A DNA stretch of 57,499 nucleotides. Source: a virus. Its lineage: Duplodnaviria; Heunggongvirae; Uroviricota; Caudoviricetes. A model generated the notes under the pieces. It worked only from the letters and a program-made list of their open reading frames with translations, ran no database searches and was not told the DNA's origin. The DNA is taken from the IMG/VR virus record IMGVR_UViG_2541047758_000011; one strand, 5' to 3'. Of this stretch, positions 52,598 through 57,499 are shown piece after piece. Position 1 is the stretch's first letter, and each line of letters opens with the position of its first letter. The position numbers and the translations under genes were made by a program.

Positions 52598-52891
52598 ATG
52601 CCAGCGCCTCTGTATGGTGCGGATGACGCGCGCCGCTGTTCCGGCAATTCCGTATCGGAGGTGCTGGATAAATTCAGAAAAAACTACGACCTGATAATGT
52701 CGCTACCGCAGGAAACGAAAGAGGAAAAGGAATTTCGCCATTGTATATGGCTTGCAGAGAAAGAAGAACGAGAGCGAATTTACCAGACATCAATCCGACC
52801 ATTCCGCAAAGCCACATATACCCACTTCCCTGAAATTGACCCGCGCCTGCGTAATTACCGCTCACGCTATGGCGCTATCAGTAATGACTGA
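52598..52891 (+). CDS. Hypothetical protein (97 aa)
   Basis: ORF. Confidence 0.45.
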   Translation: MPAPLYGADDARRCSGNSVSEVLDKFRKNYDLIMSLPQETKEEKEFRHCIWLAEKEERERIYQTSIRPFRKATYTHFPEIDPRLRNYRSRYGAISND

Positions 52892-52900
52892 GGAATTTAC

Positions 52901-53071
52901 CATGAGAGGACTTGCATACAATCCCGGCATTCTTCCGGCAGAAATGATTATTCGCCAACGCGTAAAGCCAATGCCATCGAGAGAGGAATTGCTTAAGAGA
53001 AATTCTTTTCCGTCAGTGAATCAAAACAAATATCTGAATGCGATGTGGCGGAGTGGGAGGACTAACAAATG
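52901..53071 (+). CDS. Hypothetical protein (56 aa)
   Basis: Manual [44 protein letters not shown]... Confidence 0.35.
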
Positions 53072-53845
53072 ACCACTATTACCAAAGAGCGACTGCTGAC
53101 AATCAAGCAGTGGCGCGAAACATACGGACCTGGTAGCAACGTTGTACTGCCAGCAGAAGAAGCGGAAGAACTGGCACGAATTGCACTGGCATCACTGGGA
53201 GCAGAACCAGTTGCTTATATTTTCAAACATCCGGCCGGGAAATTATTCTGGGCTTTAACGGATGAAAGCAATAAAGAGCAAGCGGACGTTATTCCTGTTT
53301 ATGCCGCCCCTCCAGTGCCAGTAGTACCTGAAGAAAAACCAATGCCTAACCCTCTTAAAATGTACGCGGTCGATGCTGTTGCCGCTATTGCAGAGGTGAG
53401 AGGCTGGAACGCCTGCCGCGCCGCCATGCTTCAGGCCGAACCTGTAAGTAATAGTGATGAGTTACCGCTGGACTATCTGCAAGGACACAAAGACGGCCTG
53501 GAGTGGGCTGCACAATTGGCAGAAGCCAATCATCCGCAAACAGGTGACTGGTTGTACGACGACCCAATCGATCTTGCCAGGGCGATTCGCAAAGGTCCTG
53601 ATATGCCTACTGTTCAGGCTGGCAACTATCCGGTAACTCCGGATGGTTGGATAAGCTGTAGTGAGCGAATGCCGGATACCAAAACAGCCGTTCTTGTTGC
53701 CGTGGAGTTTGACAGGAAAGGTGACTGGCGAATGAAATGGGCGACTTACATCCCGGGGCATCCTGACGCTAATGATGGGTGGATAATTCCTGGTGCGTCG
53801 TGGAAACCGTCACACTGGATGCCGCTACCAGAGCCTCCACTTTGA
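53069..53845 (+). CDS. DUF551-like C-terminal domain protein
   Basis: C-terminal ..[65 protein letters not shown].. resembles DUF551. Confidence 0.55.
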   Translation: MTTITKERLLTIKQWRETYGPGSNVVLPAEEAEELARIALASLGAEPVAYIFKHPAGKLFWALTDESNKEQADVIPVYAAPPVPVVPEEKPMPNPLKMYAVDAVAAIAEVRGWNACRAAMLQAEPVSNSDELPLDYLQGHKDGLEWAAQLAEANHPQTGDWLYDDPIDLARAIRKGPDMPTVQAGNYPVTPDGWISCSERMPDTKTAVLVAVEFDRKGDWRMKWATYIPGHPDANDGWIIPGASWKPSHWMPLPEPPL

Positions 53846-53941
53846 AAGCGAAGCTTATACATATCTTTTACATCAGCAATCTATTGTTAATCTCCAATCA
53901 ATGTTACGTTGTCATCTCTCTCATGCTTTGGAGGTAGTGAT

Positions 53942-54121
53942 ATGTCTTGTCCAAAATGCGGTTCTGGAAATATTGCAAAAGAAAAAACAATGCGTGGATG
54001 GTCTGATGATTATGTGTGCTGCGATTGCGGATACAACGACTCTAAAGACGCATTTGGAGAGCGTGGTAAAAACGAGTTTGTCAAAATTAATAAAGAACGC
54101 GAAGGCAACGAAAAAAGCTAA
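53942..54121 (+). CDS. Small zinc-ribbon protein (CxxC...CxxC)
   Basis: MSCPKCGSGNIAKEKTMRGWSDDYVCCDCGYNDSKDAF...; RBS GAGGT upstream. Confidence 0.45.
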   Translation: MSCPKCGSGNIAKEKTMRGWSDDYVCCDCGYNDSKDAFGERGKNEFVKINKEREGNEKS

Positions 54122-54186
54122 TTTATTTATTCATATATGAAAACAATGTAACCAATATTCGAATTGAAGAACTGAAAGAACACCAA

Positions 54187-54209
54187 GCCGCCTGATGGCG
54201 GTTTTTTTA
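54187..54209 (+). terminator. Rho-independent terminator (gccgcctgatggcgg + T7)
   Basis: Seen directly. Confidence 0.7.
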
Positions 54210-54222
54210 TTGGAGACAAGAA

Positions 54223-54567
54223 ATGTCAGATTTGGCTATGAAGGTTTTGAAATGGCAATCAACTGGCGATGTCGGCATCAGTAGCGCAACTCTTGCCTCA
54301 ATCGCATGTGGACTGAAAAAGAATATCTATGGTCATCACTTCGGCGCTCCCCATGACGTAGCAGACTTTCGGCGATGCGTTGCACTTGTTGAGCAGATTC
54401 CAGAAATCAGAGATTCATTCGACAAGGTTGCAAAGCGCGTTCCGGCATTCAAAGGAATCCTCAACGAATGGGATTCACTCGTTGCTCTGTTGAAGTCTGA
54501 AATGAAGATACACGGAAACAAAGCACCAGAGACTTACAGAAGAATCAGCGAGCTACGCAAGGACTAA
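54223..54567 (+). CDS. Hypothetical protein (114 aa)
   Basis: ORF upstream of xis. Confidence 0.5.
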   Translation: MSDLAMKVLKWQSTGDVGISSATLASIACGLKKNIYGHHFGAPHDVADFRRCVALVEQIPEIRDSFDKVAKRVPAFKGILNEWDSLVALLKSEMKIHGNKAPETYRRISELRKD

Positions 54568-54656
54568 CCACAGCCTCACACTCGATGAGGCCTGTTCATT
54601 TCTCAAGATATCCAGACCTACCGCAATAATACCAACTCAATAAATGGAGATTCCAA

Positions 54657-55004
54657 GTGGAAGAAGAAATCTTCACTCGTGAAGAGGCAGCATCGTATCT
54701 GAAGGTAGACAAAGGCACTATCACGCAGTGGATACGAAGTGGACGACTTCAGGCCGCAAAGATAAATCCAGATAAACCTAAAAGCCCATATCGCATTTGC
54801 AAGTCAGACTGCATTGCGGCGCTTAAGTCTGTAAGACACAATAGCGCGGTGAATGCGGTTGATGTGCAGGAGGTTAAAGCATGTCAATCAAACTACGCGG
54901 TGGCACGTGGCACTGTGATTTCGTCGCGCCAGATGGATCAAGAGTTAGACGCTCTCTTGAAACATCGGACAAAAGGCAAGCGCAAGAACTTCACGATCGT
55001 CTGA
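54657..55004 (+). CDS. xis: Excisionase-like protein (Xis), GTG start, overlapping int by 124 nt
   Basis: ..EEIFTREEAASYLKVDKGTITQWIRSGRLQAAKINPDKPKSPYRICKSDCIAAL.. same architecture as prophage A xis. Confidence 0.55.
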   Translation: MEEEIFTREEAASYLKVDKGTITQWIRSGRLQAAKINPDKPKSPYRICKSDCIAALKSVRHNSAVNAVDVQEVKACQSNYAVARGTVISSRQMDQELDALLKHRTKGKRKNFTIV

Positions 55005-56041
55005 AAGCAGAAGCGTGGAGAGTAAAAAATCTCGGGGAATCACCGAAAAAGCTATTCAAGGAAGCCTGCATACGGTGGCTTCGTGAGAAATCGGATAAGA
55101 AGTCCATTGATGATGACAAGAGCATTATATCGTTCTGGATGTTGCACTTCAGAGAAACCATTCTCTCAGACATAACAACAGAAAAAATAATGGAGGCGGT
55201 AGACGGGATGGAAAACCGCCGCCATCGCCTGAACTGGGAAATGAGCCGGGACAGGTGTTTGCGGCTTGGCAAGCCAGTGCCGGAGTATAAACCAAAGCTG
55301 GCAAGCAAAGGAACGAAGACGCGGCATCTGGCAATACTTCGCGCTATTCTCAATATGGCTGTTGAATGGGGATGGCTTGACAGGGCGCCCAAAATATCAA
55401 CACCACGCGTTAAGAATGGACGAATCAGATGGCTTACAGAGGAGGAATCGAAGCGCCTGTTTGCAGAAATTGCTCCTCATTTCTTCCCTGTGGTCATGTT
55501 TGCAATCACGACAGGCCTTCGCCGTTCCAACGTTACAGACCTTGAGTGGTCACAGGTCGATCTGGATAAGAAAATGGCATGGATGCACCCTGATGAAACA
55601 AAAGCTGGCAATGCGATCGGAGTTCCTCTTAACGAAACCGCATGCCAGATATTAAGAAAACAGCAGGGTCTCCATAAGAGATGGGTGTTTGTCCACACCA
55701 AACCTGCCTACCGAAGCGACGGAACAAAAACAGCAGCGGTAAGGAAGATGAGAACCGACAGCAACAAGGCATGGAAGGGAGCGTTAAAGCGGGCAGGCAT
55801 TAGCAACTTCCGCTTCCATGACCTGAGGCATACTTGGGCAAGCTGGCTGGTTCAGTCCGGTGTCTCTCTTCTTGCACTTAAAGAGATGGGAGGATGGGAA
55901 ACTCTAGAAATGGTTCAAAGATACGCCCACCTTTCAGCCGGGCATCTCACCGAGCACGCGAGCAAAATCGATGCGATTATAAGTCGCAATGGCACAAATA
56001 CGGCACAAGAGGAGAACGTGGTTTACTTAAATGCGAGGTAA
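54881..56041 (+). CDS. int: Tyrosine integrase (prophage B)
   Basis: 386 aa, C-terminal ..[42 protein letters not shown]; stop 14 bp before tRNA-Thr 3' end. Confidence 0.9.
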   Translation: MSIKLRGGTWHCDFVAPDGSRVRRSLETSDKRQAQELHDRLKAEAWRVKNLGESPKKLFKEACIRWLREKSDKKSIDDDKSIISFWMLHFRETILSDITTEKIMEAVDGMENRRHRLNWEMSRDRCLRLGKPVPEYKPKLASKGTKTRHLAILRAILNMAVEWGWLDRAPKISTPRVKNGRIRWLTEEESKRLFAEIAPHFFPVVMFAITTGLRRSNVTDLEWSQVDLDKKMAWMHPDETKAGNAIGVPLNETACQILRKQQGLHKRWVFVHTKPAYRSDGTKTAAVRKMRTDSNKAWKGALKRAGISNFRFHDLRHTWASWLVQSGVSLLALKEMGGWETLEMVQRYAHLSAGHLTEHASKIDAIISRNGTNTAQEENVVYLNAR

Positions 56042-56101
56042 CTTATTGATTTAAATGGTGCCGATAATAGGAGTCGAACCTACGACCTTCGCATTACGAA
56101 T
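56038..56101. repeat. 64-bp att core direct repeat (copy 2), spanning int stop, spacer and 3' 46 nt of tRNA-Thr
   Basis: Identical to 12699-12762 by direct comparison. Confidence 0.9.
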
Positions 56102-56131
56102 GCGCTGCTCTACCAACTGAGCTATATCGGC
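56056..56131 (-). tRNA. thrW: tRNA-Thr (anticodon CGU)
   Basis: Reverse complement GCCGATATAGCTCAGTTGGTAGAGCAGCGCATTCGTAATGCGAAGGTCGTAGGTTCGACTCCTATTATCGGCACCA folds as canonical cloverleaf; matches E. coli thrW from memory. Confidence 0.9.
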
Positions 56132-56245
56132 CCTGAAAGGACATGTTCACGAACGTGAATCACGGTGGACAAGGTTAAAACTAACCGGGCGATGCGTCAA
56201 TGGCCTTGTGAATCAAATGGCTACTTTTGCATCACCCGGTTTTAT

Positions 56246-57499
56246 TTACGCACGAATGGTGTAATCACCAATGCCGATCCACTTGTAAGTGGTCAGTGCT
56301 TCCAGCCCCATTGGGCCACGCGCGTGGAGTTTTTGTGTGCTTACCGCCACTTCCGCACCCAGACCAAACTGGCCGCCGTCGGTAAAACGCGTAGAGGCGT
56401 TAACGTAAACAGCGGACGAATCCACTTCGTTAACAAAACGCTGGGCGTTGCGCATATCGCGGGTCAGGATCGCATCGGAGTGTTGTGTGCCGTGTTCACG
56501 AATATGGGCGATGGCATCGTCAAGATCGCTGACGATTTTGACGTTCAAATCTAATGACAGAAACTCATCGTCATACTCTTCGGCTTTAACAGCAACCACC
56601 TTCGCAGGGCCTGCCTGCAACTGCGCCAGTGCAGCTGCATCTGCGTGTAATGTCACGCCGCTTTCCGCCATTTGTTTGCTTAATGCGGGCAGGAAGCTAT
56701 CGGCGATGTTTTTATTCACCAGCAACGTTTCAACCGTATTACATGTGCTCGGACGCTGAGTTTTCGCGTTGACGATCACTTTTAATGCTTCAGCGATCTC
56801 TACACTTTCATCAACGTAAATATGGCATACGCCTATACCACCTGTGATCACCGGGATTGTCGACTGTTCACGGCACAGTTTATGCAAACCAGCGCCACCA
56901 CGCGGGATCAGCATGTCGATGTATTTATCCATACGCAGCATTTCACTGACCAGCGCACGGTCAGGATTATCAATCGCCTGCACGGCACCCGCCGGTAAGC
57001 CGCAGGATTTCAGGGCGTCCTGAATCACCGCCACCGTTGCAGCGTTAGTGCGACACGTTTCTTTGCCACCGCGCAGGATCACCGCATTACCGGTTTTCAG
57101 GCACAGCGAAGCGACATCAACCGTCACGTTCGGGCGCGCTTCATAAATCACGCCAATAACCCCCAGCGGTACGCGACGACGCTCAAGACGCAGGCCGCTG
57201 TCCAGTACGCTGCCATCGATTACCTGCCCCACCGGATCGGCGAGGTTACACACCTGGCGCACATCATCGGCAATGCCTTTCAGCCGTGCGGGCGTCAGTG
57301 CCAGACGGTCAAGCATCGCTTCGCCAAGGCCATTGGCACGCGCGTCAGCAACATCCTGGGCGTTAGCGTTGAGGATGATTTCGCTTTGTGCTTCCAGTTC
57401 ATCGGCGATTTTTTCCAGCACGCGATTTTTTTCGCGGCTGGAGAGTTGCGCTAATTTATACGAGGCTTGCTTCGCGGCAATGCCCATTTGTTCCAGCAT
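56246..57499 (-). CDS. proA: Gamma-glutamyl phosphate reductase
   Basis: 417 aa [58 protein letters not shown]... E. coli ProA; start codon is the last three bases of the window. Confidence 0.95.
   Translation of the reverse strand: MLEQMGIAAKQASYKLAQLSSREKNRVLEKIADELEAQSEIILNANAQDVADARANGLGEAMLDRLALTPARLKGIADDVRQVCNLADPVGQVIDGSVLDSGLRLERRRVPLGVIGVIYEARPNVTVDVASLCLKTGNAVILRGGKETCRTNAATVAVIQDALKSCGLPAGAVQAIDNPDRALVSEMLRMDKYIDMLIPRGGAGLHKLCREQSTIPVITGGIGVCHIYVDESVEIAEALKVIVNAKTQRPSTCNTVETLLVNKNIADSFLPALSKQMAESGVTLHADAAALAQLQAGPAKVVAVKAEEYDDEFLSLDLNVKIVSDLDDAIAHIREHGTQHSDAILTRDMRNAQRFVNEVDSSAVYVNASTRFTDGGQFGLGAEVAVSTQKLHARGPMGLEALTTYKWIGIGDYTIRA

Noticed and set aside
56165-56554. 129-aa + strand ORF near thrW
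   Set aside because: Overlaps the 3' end of proA on the opposite strand; proA is unambiguous.

Overview
This window is an Escherichia coli-type chromosomal region in which two prophages sit in tandem at the tRNA-Thr (thrW) site next to proA. All calls below are by reading the sequence and recalling protein families; no database search was run. Prophage A (1 to ~12762, running off the left edge) is a defective lambda-like element: int-xis, exo-bet-gam-kil-cIII, ea10, ral, N with pL/nutL, a hetero-immune cI/cro pair, cII, O (with ori iterons), P and ren are present, but everything from nin to the tail is deleted and ren abuts tail-fibre cassette fragments. Prophage B (~12763 to 56037) is a P22-like podovirus prophage with a lambda-type late region (Q, pR'/tR', S, R, Rz/Rz1) and nin genes; it carries P22 c2/cro, arc/ant/mnt, a full P22-type structural module, two HNH homing endonucleases, two tRNA-like genes, and two inverted IS911 copies, one of which splits the primase-helicase gene. 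The strongest candidates for undescribed biology are three AT-rich accessory cargos: a 348-aa membrane-anchored protein replacing rexAB downstream of cI (4794-5840), a two-gene module at the sieA-equivalent position made of a catalytically dead LexA/cI-like protein plus a small membrane coiled-coil protein (19829-20860), and a CatB/Vat-like hexapeptide acetyltransferase beside a divergent tailspike (13092-16149).
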